A stretch of 64,000 bases of DNA from Ramazzottius varieornatus (lineage: Eukaryota > Animalia > Tardigrada). Positions 22,673 to 35,140 of this stretch are shown one piece after another. Every line of letters begins with the position of its first letter. Position 1 is the first letter of the stretch. The notes under the pieces are model-generated. The model was not told the origin of the DNA and searched no databases. It saw only the letters and a program-made list of their open reading frames with translations. Made by a program: the position numbers and the translations under genes. The DNA lies in the NCBI GenBank assembly GCA_001949185.1, contig BDGG01000011.1:579552-643551 (forward strand), given 5' to 3'.

Positions 22673-24782
22673 CTATTGAAGAGGTGGGATGGTCAGATGA
22701 CCAAATACCACGCCACCTCGCGATGTCGGGCCGTCTTTGGTCCTGGTCTCGTCCTTACCGCTCGGCTTCTCCCGCACGACAACACGTTGCTGCATTTCTT
22801 CAGTCCACGCGGTCGGATTAGAGCACTTGAACTGCAAGTCCAGATGGTTCAAAGGCGGAAGTGAGAGGAGTGCTCGCAGCATGTTTTCAATAGTGGCTTT
22901 TTGCCTGAAGAGGGCGTTGACAACGCGTCCGCCCCGTTCAACCAACGGTGCTTTGCAGAGGTACGACAATATGGACAGAACAGAGTTGAACGTTTGGAAC
23001 GTAGAATCCTCTGAAAAACCATCGGCAAATGTAAACTGGGAAGTTGGGCAAACGAAACGGACAAGGTGGTTTCATCAAGTGGCGCACTATTCGGACGGAA
23101 AACACTGTAAACATGCGCCGCTTGGGGAAAACTGGAAAAGAACGACTTCGATTTTTCTAAGCGGCGCAGGATCTAGCCAGCCGACAACAGCGAGAGGGTG
23201 CGCCACTTGAAGTTAAAATTTTGTGAGTTTTGTTGGCCGGCCTTTCAACTGACGAGTCAGGCGATGATAAGAGCTCGAGTGGTCGGTTACTTACCACTGC
23301 CTTGTATTTTGAACTCCACTCGCGAAAACAGTTCTGCCAAAAGAGCCAGGTCCAGAATTAACGGAGACGCCAGCAGTGAGTCTTCACAAGTGTTGTGGAC
23401 AATGATGGTGCTCTTTCCTCCCAGCATCAGCTCGGACTCATATTCGTCCATGGCTCGCTTCGAGTCGCCGACGTGAGGCAAATACTTGATGACCACACAG
23501 TGATCAGGCTTGCTAAGGCCCTGGCCGTAGAGAATGCTATTGGATTCAACCATGTCATCTATCACGTTTGATTTGCTGATCTCCTTTGACCTGAATTGCT
23601 CAGGTGCGGACAAGTTGTAGCCATCGTTGTTGCCCAGATGATTGTAGGAGGCGATGGAGCAGGGCTTGATGCCGGCAGACACCAGAAAGTCCACCAGCAC
23701 CGACTTGAATTTGGTTTGACCCGACTTGAAATCGTCACCGGCGATGAATGTCTCGTTCTTCTCAGCTAGTTCAATCAACCCAGGAACGAAAGTGTTTTGC
23801 GGGGAGCCGTTAATGTAGGTGACTTTCTCCAGGACGCTCGCCACCGCGTACAGGGTCGATGGGGAAATTTCTTCCTCGTTGCGCTTTATGGCCGCTATCA
23901 AGTTCTCGCCAGTATCGTGCACACCTTGGATCACCTCACAGAAGCGCTCGGTATTCGCTGTCCACAGGATCAATACGGTGTCCAGACTGTGCTTGCTTTT
24001 GAATTCTCGAATATCACGACGAATCTGCTCAACCTGCTCCCACTTGTCTTTGGCACGGAGCACATTATCTGCTCTGTCCGACTGATTAGCTGCAATGAAT
24101 TGGGGAGCGTAGATGGCCGGACGCGGCTGCATATCCTTCATCAAGGGCCGCAGCTGCTTCTGCAGGTTGATGTCGATGACCTTTGCTTGGCCCATTGCAT
24201 CAGCCATGTTCATGCTTGAGATGTCCCAGCCATCCAGCACAATGTCATCGGGAAGCACCATAGGAAGCATGTCCTTCATTGGAACGTAGACGTCTTTGCC
24301 ACGCTCGTCCAGACCGAGAAGTATTGTGGACGACTGCGTTATCGAGCCGAACCAGTTAGCTTTGATGACTCTGTCTTTGGTTTCCCATTCTAGCTTATGC
24401 TTGTTCGCCAAGATGGCTGCAGTGACCGTCGTACCTGTCAATGACACCAGCAGACTCAAGTGATCGCCCTTACCGGTATGCAAGTCTTGTGCGAGTCTCT
24501 TACCATTGTTACCACCCCAGCCAACCAGCATGAGACCGAACTTCGGAACTGTGCGTTGGGTTCGGAACGTGACTGCCGTCCTAGTCGCCTGAACCTGCAG
24601 TGGGAGACTAACCTTGTCATAACTCAAATACAGTAACATTACAGTTTGCCGCTCCTCACCTGGATGGTATTAGTCCGCTCATCGCGGCGACAGCGCACAT
24701 TCTCATACTCGTAATCGGACTCTATGAACTTTTCCCCGTAGCGCAAGTTGGGTGACTGAACAAAGAGCTGGGCGGAAGTCAT
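22673..24782 (-). CDS. ISYNA1: Myo-inositol-1-phosphate synthase
   Basis: Exons 24782-24660, 24594-24504, 24434-23295, 23010-22673. The four canonical eukaryotic MIPS motifs are present ([37 protein letters not shown]), plus [12 protein letters not shown] and SYLCKAP...VVNALFRQ. Confidence 0.95.
23035..23215. repeat. Palindromic 27-nt-spacer element, two tandem units, in the last MIPS intron
   Basis: Cores 23077-23086/23114-23123 (27 nt apart) and 23159-23168/23199-23208 (30 nt apart); outer arm TGGGAAGTTGGGCAAACGAAACGGACAAG. Confidence 0.8.
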
Positions 24783-25600
24783 CTTTTCGTTCAGTTGCAC
24801 CAAGAGAAAAAGTCTCGGAAGACTACGAGAAATGAAATAACTAACAGTCTTTTTCAACAAGGTGGCTAAAGTTAAATCTGAATGGTTGCCGGAAAAACCT
24901 TGTCACCCTGTACCGGTAGTTCCCATCACAAGCAATGCAAGAAATAATGGCGAGTTAGTCAGGCCCAGCAGCGGATGAAGAGAAAAAGTAGACCTTGACC
25001 TTCCTAAGATGTGATACGGTAACGGCTTAGATTAAGTGCGATAATATCGAATTCCGTGCCGAATCGTTCATGCGAACAACGACCTGTCAGCTAAAAGTCC
25101 ACTTTTGGTGGAATGGTAATTCCGCCGGATATTGCGTAAACCATGAACACTAGCCTCGCCTGCTGACATATGAGAGAGAAACTGTGCCAGACGATTATGT
25201 ACAATCAGCAGGAATAAAAGTTAGGAAACAGATGCTGTACACCTGAGATACACTTGACCGAGCTTCTGCCTTGCACCCTCGGTGTACCTGCTGTATACTC
25301 GGGCCACCCTGCCCCGGGGTGCAAAGCATTCCCGCCTGTTCAGACATAACTGTAAAAACAGCGAAATAAAGAATGCACATGTACAGAGAACAGAGAAAAC
25401 GGCGATTAGAGATCCAACAGAAATACAGTAACCCACCAAAATCGGACGGGTGAAACACACCAGGTTACGATGGGATGGGTTGAGGTTGGAACACTCAGCT
25501 GGAACTTGCCCTGTTCGGAAGAGGCTCCGATCCATTATACTGACCATATAATATTTGGGATCAATCCTGGTTTGCCACGGGGCATTTTTGGTGCAGTAAA

Positions 25601-25727
25601 GGTACATATATGCCACATGTATGTCTATGGGACAAGAATATTACATACATGAACCACACATGAGCCATACATGAACCCGTTATGTGATATTCATGTCCCA
25701 TAGACATATATGTCACATATGGGTATC
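25601..25727. repeat. Small inverted repeat with internal CAYACATGA repeats
   Basis: CATATATGCCACATGTATGTCTATGGGACA ... TGTCCCATAGACATATATGTCACATATG. Confidence 0.5.
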
Positions 25728-27723
25728 TGCATACGAGAATGCGTCCAAAGGGTGTCGGACCAAATTGTTCAGTAAACGAGTTTTTGCGTTTTGCCCCCCG
25801 AACAAGTTTTCGAAGTGCATATCTACCTTCAATAAACAGACATCCCTGAACCTGAATTTGTTGGCGAAAAGATTATCCGCCCAATGGTAAAGAAGTTATA
25901 GACATATCCCTGAAAGCTTCGAATGTTGCAGCCATGGGGCTGATCCGCACATACAAGCTCTGAAGCGTACTGCACATTCATATTTAATCAATCAATCAAG
26001 TAAGGGTGTCGGAAACAAGCTACTGTAAAGACGGCTGCAGGTGCGTGTCTCCAACATCGCACGCTGCTAACGCCGAGACTGGCTGGTCTCAACACCCGCA
26101 TATTCTATTCGAACCCTCAAATTTTTCGTACGTCAGTACAAAGTTCATTTCGGTAGCAAATGGTAGCGAATGCAACTCATGGTACAGTTTAGTGATCAGA
26201 AGAACCTGATGTCACAAAAGACCGATTTTGAGGAAAAACACTTTGGACGCATTCTCGTATGTAGATTACCCATGTATGAAACTTTACTGAACCCGAAATG
26301 CACCCAAAATACTCTGGACTGATCCCCAGTGTTATTTGGGCAAGATAATAGATTCAACCCGTGCGGACCGGTTTGAACGGGATAGGTACAGACGCAGAAG
26401 CGGAATTTCGGTCTTCTCTGTTCTCAGCGAACATGATTCGTAAATGCGGAAAAAGCAAGCGTGCCAAGACACATCACATTCTAGCGTGCTCAATTAAAAA
26501 AGCCTAAATCGAGCCCATGGTGGCTCTGTCACGCTAACTTTGTGCAACCATTCTAGTTAACCCGAGCGCAACGCAGAAGCTTATCGAGGGTTCTCTAAAT
26601 TTGTTCGCGGAAAACAGAGAATCGATTTTTCCAACCCACTGAATAAAGAATATACCAAAAGACTGATACATTACCGTGTCACCAACTTGAAAAATAAGGA
26701 CAAAATGACGATAATCGAATACGAATGAAGTAGTTCGTTTTCCTATTTGTCTGAAATGAAGCAAGTTTTAGAACGAACATCTGGCTGGTTCAAAAGGTTC
26801 AGTTGGATCGGCAGATGAGCGCTGTCCAGTCTCTATGCGGAGCGCAACAGATATTTTCAGGCGAGAAGGGCAACAATTATGCTTGGGTTAACAGATTTGC
26901 CGACAGAAGTGTTGCGCATAAGTGTTGCGCGCATGCCGCAGATATAACGGCTACACTTTGCATAAGGTATCCAGTTGACTTGTGTATGCACAGCAACATT
27001 TGACATTTCCTCAATAGAGATTGAGAGATTACCTCCAAGCTTGAGGGCTGCACAATGCTTCTGACGTTCGTTCAATCCAGAGAAGGCCTCGCAGGTTGGT
27101 TGCGGGAAAAGTAATTATAGAATACAGCTAAGAGACTGTTTTTCAGACCAAATTGATTGCTTATCGCTAAGAATGTTCTGTCACCTTTAGGTGATCGAAA
27201 ACATCCGTCATTGCATTGGATGTTGCTTCAAGCTGCCATAAATACCTGTAGTGTATCTTATTGTCTCATGCGAAGGTTTCGCTTCTCTTTTCTCTGCTTA
27301 CTGTACCGGAATAAGATGTGGGTGGAAGCTCAGCATTTAGCCCTTTCAAGTTCAGAATATACTTCCGGTCTCGGCGGATTTACTCATCAGCGTCGACGGA
27401 GGATGACACTGCCCGAGTTAAGTCGTCAAGTCTTTTCGAATTAAGTCGGCCAGTGTGTACGATCCGAAAAGCTGTGTTTAGAATTTTTGTTCGTCACATC
27501 CGGACTATTCATCGTGCTCGTTAACCGGCGACTAGAGCGTATTAACGTCAAACGACGACCAGTCAGCGTCGAAAAATGAGGTAACAGATCTGCCCGGTCA
27601 TTTTTCCGACAGCCCATTACGCACTGGCTGGCAAAAGAAATATCAGACGTCTCAGAAGACACCGAGGGTTCTGCTTTCACCAGAAAGCAATACTGTAACT
27701 GCCAGCAACGTGCAACAATCACC

Positions 27724-28791
27724 ATGGACAGCAATGGGAACAACATGACGAACGTCACCGCGTCTCTGAGCGCCAGCACCATCAAAGGACCCAACTGGAC
27801 ATTCACACCCTCCTTCACGCTCTTCGTCCAGCTCAGCGCCTTTATCAACAACGGTGTTATGTTATTTTTATTTGCCGGAAACGCTGCTCTCATAACCCCC
27901 TTCACCGTCTACATTCTCAACCTCTTTGCATCAAACTTCATCGTTTCTTTATTCTTCTACTCTGTCGAGCTAATCAACGAACTCTACTCCGCATGGTGGC
28001 TTGGCTACACAATGTGCACCATGTACCAATACACCAGCTGGGTTTTGACTGGTAGTATGTGTATCGCCCACGGAACTATCGCTTTAAACCGTCTATGGGC
28101 CGTGACCTTTCCGGTCTCCTATCGCCGCCACCACAAGAAGCGTTTCGCTCTGGCCGTCATTGCCACCTTGTGGATTTCACTGCACATCATTGTTATACCA
28201 GGCTTGGTGTTGGACGCTTTGTGGTACCGTCTACCAATGGAAACTAACGGCTGCAATATCAACACCGACGCTCCTCAAGCTTGGTTGTGGTTCGCCCAGC
28301 TGGTCATTATGGACTCACCTGTGGTCATTGTGATAGCAGTTTACCCGATCATCTGCTACAAAGCTGTGCAACGCAATCGTACTCGAGTGAGACCAGCTGG
28401 CGAAGCTGGCACCAAGATGACCTCTCGGCGGCAGTGGGCTCCTTCAACAGTCTCGGCTTCGGTCAGAAGCAATATGGAAGCTTCAGCGTCAGTACGCGCA
28501 GGTGGTGAAAGACAGGTTGAGTATCGAATGTTATGTTACCGGTTCCCGCGCCCTGGTAACGGTCATGGGTTTCTAGCTTTGACACTGATGACTTCAACCG
28601 TCCTGTTGTGCTATTGTCCGGCAAATGTCTATTTCACCCTTTACATTGTCTTCAACATGGACGTTCCTGGAATGTTTTCCAAAGTCATGATTGTGTACGA
28701 GCTGGCGGCTGTGTTGGACCCGATATGGTTTATGTTGTCGTTGTCTAGTCTTCGAGCCGCTTTCCGGCGCACTTTTGTGCCATGTCACTGA
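27724..28791 (+). CDS. Intronless class A (rhodopsin-like) GPCR, orphan
   Basis: 355 aa; seven hydrophobic segments; N-terminal NxT sequons; TM3 ends ALNRLWAVTFPVSYR; TM6 CYCP; TM7 LDPIWF. Confidence 0.85.
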   Translation: MDSNGNNMTNVTASLSASTIKGPNWTFTPSFTLFVQLSAFINNGVMLFLFAGNAALITPFTVYILNLFASNFIVSLFFYSVELINELYSAWWLGYTMCTMYQYTSWVLTGSMCIAHGTIALNRLWAVTFPVSYRRHHKKRFALAVIATLWISLHIIVIPGLVLDALWYRLPMETNGCNINTDAPQAWLWFAQLVIMDSPVVIVIAVYPIICYKAVQRNRTRVRPAGEAGTKMTSRRQWAPSTVSASVRSNMEASASVRAGGERQVEYRMLCYRFPRPGNGHGFLALTLMTSTVLLCYCPANVYFTLYIVFNMDVPGMFSKVMIVYELAAVLDPIWFMLSLSSLRAAFRRTFVPCH

Positions 28792-30697
28792 CCAGAGTCT
28801 TCGCCCATCCGGCACTTCCCGGAAGTACAAGCATTTACGTTCAGCCCCCAGAAAGATCCCGCTAAAGCGGTTGATCTGCGGCCGACGGACAACGGTATGT
28901 TTGGAGCTCACATGTGCGAGTGAAGTACTGCTCAGTGTCCAGTTATCGCGCTGGAGTTTCCCGAAACTCGAAAGTATTCATCAAACAATTTAAAAAAGCT
29001 GGCATAAGTTTTCCCCACTTAAGAATGAACTCACGTACGGAATTATGGGCAGGAAAAATTATGGGACCGACTTTTCGCTACGGCGGCACGGGCGGTTGAT
29101 TCTTACTACAAGTAAAAACCAGCACTGAAGGATGGCACTGCTGTACGTACGTGCTGGATACAAATGAGCCAAGAATAATTTCTCATTGTACTTGTTTATG
29201 TTTCAAGGTTCAGACAGTTCGGTGACATGTACGTACCATACAGTACTGCGCATAGCTATCGATGATATCCTCCCGTAAACGATCATAAATGGTTCGCCGG
29301 TTGGAAAACTAGTTACGACATTGGTTCTCCGGGTAGCGCTGGCTTCGCACAATATTTCGCATACTGGCCTTCTGGAGGGCATTTTGTTATCGAATATGGA
29401 CAAATTACCAGGTTGTCGTCTTTTTGACCCTCATACGGCGGTATGATCGTTTACGATTTACGATTTACGATCGTTTGCATCGTTCGGGTCGCACCTGAAA
29501 TGAGCGCTCTGCCAACTCCATCCATTAGCAACACGGCGGGTTTTTCGTGCTTAACATAATTATACTCTGCAATAGGTGAGACACTCAATGACAACATCAC
29601 CACGAGAGTGGACAAAGGTGTGTGCGTGTGTGCGTGTGTATAAGTACTTGTGCCCGAACAGCTTTCTGTGAATGAAGTGCGCACCGATATGGGTTCTCAT
29701 TCAATTGTTTAGTATTGCCTGCGCAAGGACTTTTCGAAGCCACTCATTGTGTTAGTGGTCTGCGGAATAAGACCACCACAAGCTTTGAGCTTCGACCGCT
29801 CTCATAATTTGCCGTACATAATAGTTCGGAGTGCCCACTCCGGCTAGGGTCATGTCGACGGTCAGTGTTGTCCGCGGCACCAAAACGGCGAGAGTCCAGT
29901 AGCCTTTAAACACCTGAAACGTGAAATCGTCAAATGCGTCGATGATGGTCGAGGTACCTATCAGCGTCGCTCCACAGTTCACATATCAGTGAACATACAT
30001 ACTAGTAATTCTAAAACAATACTATGAGGTAAACGACACAATTCGGGCATAGCGGTTTTTCACTCGTAATTTGGGCATATTTTTACTCAGCTCCTGCTGC
30101 GCGTAATGAACTGCTTCTTGTTTCGTGAGGTAGACTGATTCCTCTCCTGGAGCTTTCAATAGGTTTGAGAACAACAAAGCGTTGTGGATCACGGGAATTT
30201 GGCCTGGGAGAGACATGGGTCTGTCCAATGCCGAAAAGCCTAATGTTGTATCAACAGGCGTACGATGAGAGATCAATCAAGCGTTGACGATAATGTTCAA
30301 ACTTTTCGCGTTGCCCGAATTATGGTGCGAAAATCGATATGCCCGAAAAAATATCGTTTACTTGCGTATAACGCTACCGTGGGTGCAACCGAGATCGCAA
30401 GTTTTAGTGCTTGGCTCGAATGCTTTCAGTTGTTTGTTATGTACCGTGGCTGGTACCACCCCGCCTTGCTTTTACCCTTATCCTCATACAGTTTTATCAT
30501 CCTTTTTTTCGCCAAATACGAGTTCAAAGTCATCTACGACTACGATATCCGTTTCCGCGAACGCATGGATAACAATGGATAACCCGCCCCAATCCCATCC
30601 TTTTGGCCGACGTCATGCCTGCGGCTACCCACACAACTTCGCCCTACCCAACCACTTCTCATAGTTAGCGCCTCCCTTCGCGTCCGTTGTCCGATGC

Positions 30698-31108
30698 CAG
30701 TATCCCAACCTCAAGTGCGTGTTCGGAATTGGAATTGTTCGGACACAGCGTAAAAGCACAATTTACGCCGAAGGTGTACAATTGAAGTTTACGCTGTCCG
30801 TGTGACCGTTAGTCTGTACTGTGGTAGTTGCTTGATCCCATGGTTACTTCTGGCTAAGAAGTAATCATGGTCGGATTTCCGTCAGTGTACGGAAAGCCGC
30901 TCTCGATATTGCAGTTTTTCCCCGCCCGCCCGCCGCTACTTGTGTTTTGGTACTTCCTCAATTATGGNNNNNNNNNNNNNNNNNNNNNNNNNNNNNNNNN
31001 NNNNNNNNNNNNNNNNNATTGTACACCTTCGGCGTAAATTGTCCTTTTACGCTGTGTCCTCGACCTCACGGCCAAATTCCGAACACGCACTTGAGGTTGG
31101 GATAATGA
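30698..31108. repeat. Inverted repeat pair (~85 bp arms) flanking the scaffold gap
   Basis: TATCCCAACCTCAAGTGCGTGTTCGGAATT...TTTACGCCGAAGGTGTACAAT (about 30701-30782) is the reverse complement of ATTGTACACCTTCGGCGTAAA...AATTCCGAACACGCACTTGAGGTTGGGATA (31018-31104). Confidence 0.75.
30968..31017. other. Assembly gap (50 N)
   Basis: Run of N. Confidence 1.
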
Positions 31109-31440
31109 CTGGAAGTCGGACTAATGGGACTCAGGTGAACACAGCCATGCTCGGCTAGTGAACAGGTCCTCTGGTCCATCGCGTCGTCCCCAAACAACCA
31201 ACCTCGAGCGATGGACCCCAACCGCCGCGCGCCGCTACCGATCGCTCGAGAAGCCAAAGAAACAGCGAGACAGAGATCTGACAGTAAATAACCGAGTCAG
31301 ATTAGATCAGAGGTTATTTGCCACTGCGAAACATCAATACCCTCATCATAATCGGAAACGCTAGCAGTCGAAAGTTCTATAAGACTAGGGCTAGAATTCT
31401 CGAGTTCAGTGTGAAGAACCGCTAGATGTTGAGTAGCGTC

Positions 31441-33140
31441 TTACATGAAAGAGTCAGCGGATGGTTGTAGGCTTCGGAACCTTGGCAAATCGTTGTGGCT
31501 GACTGCGTCGGCGGCTCCATCCTGACGGCCAGGAATATGAATGATACGCACGGTATAATTGCCGCGTGCGGCTTGGAGGTGAATGCGACGAATTAAGTCC
31601 ATGACGCCGCGGTGTGCGGAGGACTGTTTCCTCCAAGCTCTTCCAAGAACTTGGCACCACTGGTCGCCGAAGATGGCCCCGCAACCGATTGCTCCAGAGG
31701 CATCGGTAAATAGATCCATACTCGTAGCGTCGGTCTAATTAGGTGAGAGAAACGACGCATGCACTGTGGTAAAAATTCTTTCCACCAGTCGAGGTCGGCA
31801 AAAAGGCTCGGTTCAACTTAATTTTTTGGTCGAGGCGTTTAGCTGACATAGCGAGGTCCAGTATTCGTCGAAGAAAAATACGACCGGCAGGGATGCACTC
31901 AGTACACCAGCTCAACCGACCGGCTAAGCTAAGAATATCCCGCTTGTACGCTTCAGTACGGTTGGCGAAATATGTGAAATAATCAAGAAGAACTTTAGTT
32001 TTGGATGTTGGTATAGACATTGTAGATTCCACTGTGTCTACAGTGATACCAGGAAACTCTAGACGGGTGGTAGGGAGGACTGTCTTCTCAGGAGCCAGTG
32101 GAACTCCGAGGTGTTGGCACAACAATTCCATGAATGACGGTGCGGCGTCACACACATCAGACTCGGCTTTTCCGACGAACAGAAAGTCGTCCATGTAATG
32201 AAGGACATACGGAGGACCATTGTGCTTGAGAGGCCAGACGAGCAAGAGAGACAGCTGATTGAAGATCGCCGGGGAAGACCGTAGACCGAAAGGGAGGACC
32301 CGGTCGTAATAGTACCTGCCATCGAAATAGTAGCCTAGCAAATTCCAGTCAGAATGATGTACAGGAATAATACGGAAGACTCCCACCAAATCCGTTTTGG
32401 CTAATAGACACGATCGTCCAGCTTTGATTATCAATGCAACAGCGTCGTCCACGTTACAGTAGTTAAGGGTGTAGTCAGCCTTAGAAATGTAGTCGTTAAC
32501 AGAGAGGTCGCGAGGTCGTGACAAATCCATAATCATTCGGCCTCCTCCTATCTTCTTTGGTCGGAGACCCAATGAAGACGTGACGAAGAACGGGAAGGGA
32601 GGAGAGTCGAAAGGACCGACTGAGTGGTTAAGCTTAACCTCTTTAGCGATCAGACTGGCGGCAATATTCGGGTGGGCTCTAGTTGTCGCAGCATTCGGTG
32701 TACTACGTTGCTGGTTAGGGCCTTGGTGACCGATCTTCAAACCATGGCGAAGACCATGTAAGAACTGGTGTATAAAACACTGGTCTGGATGATCTTTGAG
32801 TTCGATCGCGAACTGAGACGGTTTAAGTGGAGTTGCTGGCGACTGGGGTATTTCTGAGATCTGGACACTCGGTAACAGGGTGAGAGCCGTTCCAGCACTG
32901 GAGGCAGAGGTGCATGGCGTTATGGGGACTGGGGCTTTTGCAACGGCCCGCATTGAAGTCCCTGCAGATTTCAAAGCGGGCTGTGGGAAAGGGCTTCAAA
33001 GGCTTTTTGGCATTAGGCGAAAGGTTCGCTGAGGTACTAGCTGGTGACGATAGGACTTTCTGAGCGGCTAGTTCAGGACGGGCAGAAGACTTGCAGTCAG
33101 TCGCGTAATGCCCGTACTTGCCACATCTATAACAGAGTAC
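31441..33140 (-). mobile_element. Degenerate DIRS/Ngaro-type retrotransposon: gag zinc fingers, RT and RNase H
   Basis: Gag CYRCGKYGHYATDC knuckle and CRDFNAGRC...CLQCWNGSHPVTEC overlap the RT ORF 31739-32974 (LPFGLRSSPAIFN, HYMDDFL, LGVPLAPEKT); frameshifted, internally deleted RNase H LFTDASGAIGCGA...IIHIPGRQDGAADAVS; no tyrosine recombinase recognised. Confidence 0.85.
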
Positions 33141-33494
33141 ATCGGACAACAGACGCGAAGGGAGGCGGTGACTATGAGAAAAGCGGCGGTATCGAGACAG
33201 AATTTGAACCGTACGGACATGCAAATTTGGGTACATCTATCACAGTTTGCGATAAACACTGCATCGTGACAATTAACCTGACGCTGCGCATGTCTCGTGC
33301 AAGATAAGTAATGTACGCGTGTATCGGTCAGCCTGAGCAAGCTTACTATGTAAGGTCGAATGCAAACAGGTTCACCTCTGCAAAGCTTGCTCTGGTACGG
33401 ATTTCGGTCCCTGTAATCGAAATCCATAGGTTTTCAGCGGGACTAGTCCCGAAAAAAATTTCTGTCAGCTTGAAGGACTGAGCCGACATTTACG

Positions 33495-34954
33495 ATGGTT
33501 ACGCAACCAAAAACCTTTCTTGTACTTCCGTATCCTGGCTTCGGTCACATCATACCCATGCTGGAGCTTTCTAGGAAGATCGCTGCATCTGGACACCGCG
33601 TCGGTTTTGCCGTATCCGAAAACTTGCTTGACGACATGCGCCATCGGAAAATTTATAACGCGAGCGAAGGAGAAAACATTAGCTTTCTCGGACTGAAAGA
33701 CGGAGTTCGCCATCCGACCGCTGAGTCATTATCCATTGAGATATTCGACGAACTACACGACAAACTCAACGCGTCTCTGGGAAGCTTTCTGGCTAGTCTA
33801 AATGTCGGAAGCCAGCCGCCAAATCTAGGAGGAACAACAGATTCGTTGTACGCGGACATCCTCATCATGGATATGAACTTGGGCGCAGTACCGTTTCTCG
33901 TCGCGCATCGTCGAAAAATTCCGACAATAGCTTTTGTTCCGTTTGCCGCTCATACGTTGCTCCAAATGTTGCAAATCAACGAAGACACTCCAGCTGCATC
34001 GAACGAGGACCTCTTGAAGGAAATGAAGCCCGGTACCATCATCGAATCTTGGAAGAAGCAGTTGCTGGAGACACAGCAAGGCTTACTGTTGGCGGATAGA
34101 GTGCTTATCAATTCGTTCGCCGCCCTCGAACCAACTTTCGATTCTGATGTAGAGAGCCTTTGCCCAAAGTTTCGAGGTTTAAAGTACGGATTCATTGGAC
34201 CCATACTTCCGTCGAAAGAATCCCACAGGCGCAATTGCGAAGACGCTTCTAGAGTTGCAAACTGGTTGGATCACCAAAAACAAAGATCAGTCATCTATAT
34301 CTCTTTTGGGTCTGTTGCGAACGTGAAGATCGAACAAACTCGAGAAGTATTCAAAGCCATGGTAGCTTGTGAACGCCCATTCATTTGGTCTCTTCGATCA
34401 GCTCAGCATGAGTGGTTACCAAAGGAAGCTCAAGCGAGCATTCGCACACAATTCGACAGCACTGAAACACCGTATCTAATTTTGAACTGGGCACCGCAAA
34501 AGTTGATCCTGGCGCACAGATCTGTGTGCGTCTTTGTCAGTCATTGCGGATGGAACAGCACGCTTGAAAGTATTCACAGTGGAGTACCGATTGTTGCTTG
34601 GGTCAGTGGTTCGGATCGACTAACTCTTCAGTTTTGGATTTTGCGAATAGGTACAATAACCGTGTTTCCCTTTCACAGCCAATGTTCGCGGATCAGCACG
34701 GAAATGCGGATCTGGTTGTCAAACTTGGTTGTGGACTGAAGATCGACCTGGTAGACATGACCGGACAGCGTGTCGTCAAATGCGATGAACTACAGGACGT
34801 CATAGGCAATGTGGCGCAGTGGAGCCAATGGCAAGCGGAAAATAATTTTGCAATTGCTGTCCAAAACTTGGCGAACAACGCACGTGAAGCTCTTCGCCAC
34901 GGAGGCGATTCCTTCCGTACTTACGCTTCCTTGATAGGTGCTGAAGTGCAGTGA
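33495..34954 (+). CDS. UDP-glycosyltransferase (GT1), soluble plant-type architecture
   Basis: Exons 33495-34601 and 34679-34954; N-terminal PYPGFGHIIPM with the catalytic His; spliced PSPG box [44 protein letters not shown]; no signal peptide or C-terminal TM helix. Confidence 0.92.
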
Positions 34955-35140
34955 GCTACAAGTGCCACCATGTTCGAGGCTTTGGTTGCAATGAACACCC
35001 GGCAGTCTTTTGAGAATAATTGTATCATTTTCGGGCATACCACGAAACCTTGTATCCGTTGGACTTGCGCAGTTTTATTTTCGGTGCCGCTGCTTCTTTC
35101 GGGGCAAATCGTGTTAATACACTGAATACCAAACTTTTGT

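Noticed and set aside
23287-24639. Single-exon 450-aa MIPS as given by the ORF track
   Set aside because: The ORF reads through a 69-bp intron and omits the first and last exons.
31066-31440. Tyrosine recombinase of the DIRS/Ngaro element
   Set aside because: No HSxRxG or GRWxS catalytic motifs could be read in any frame.
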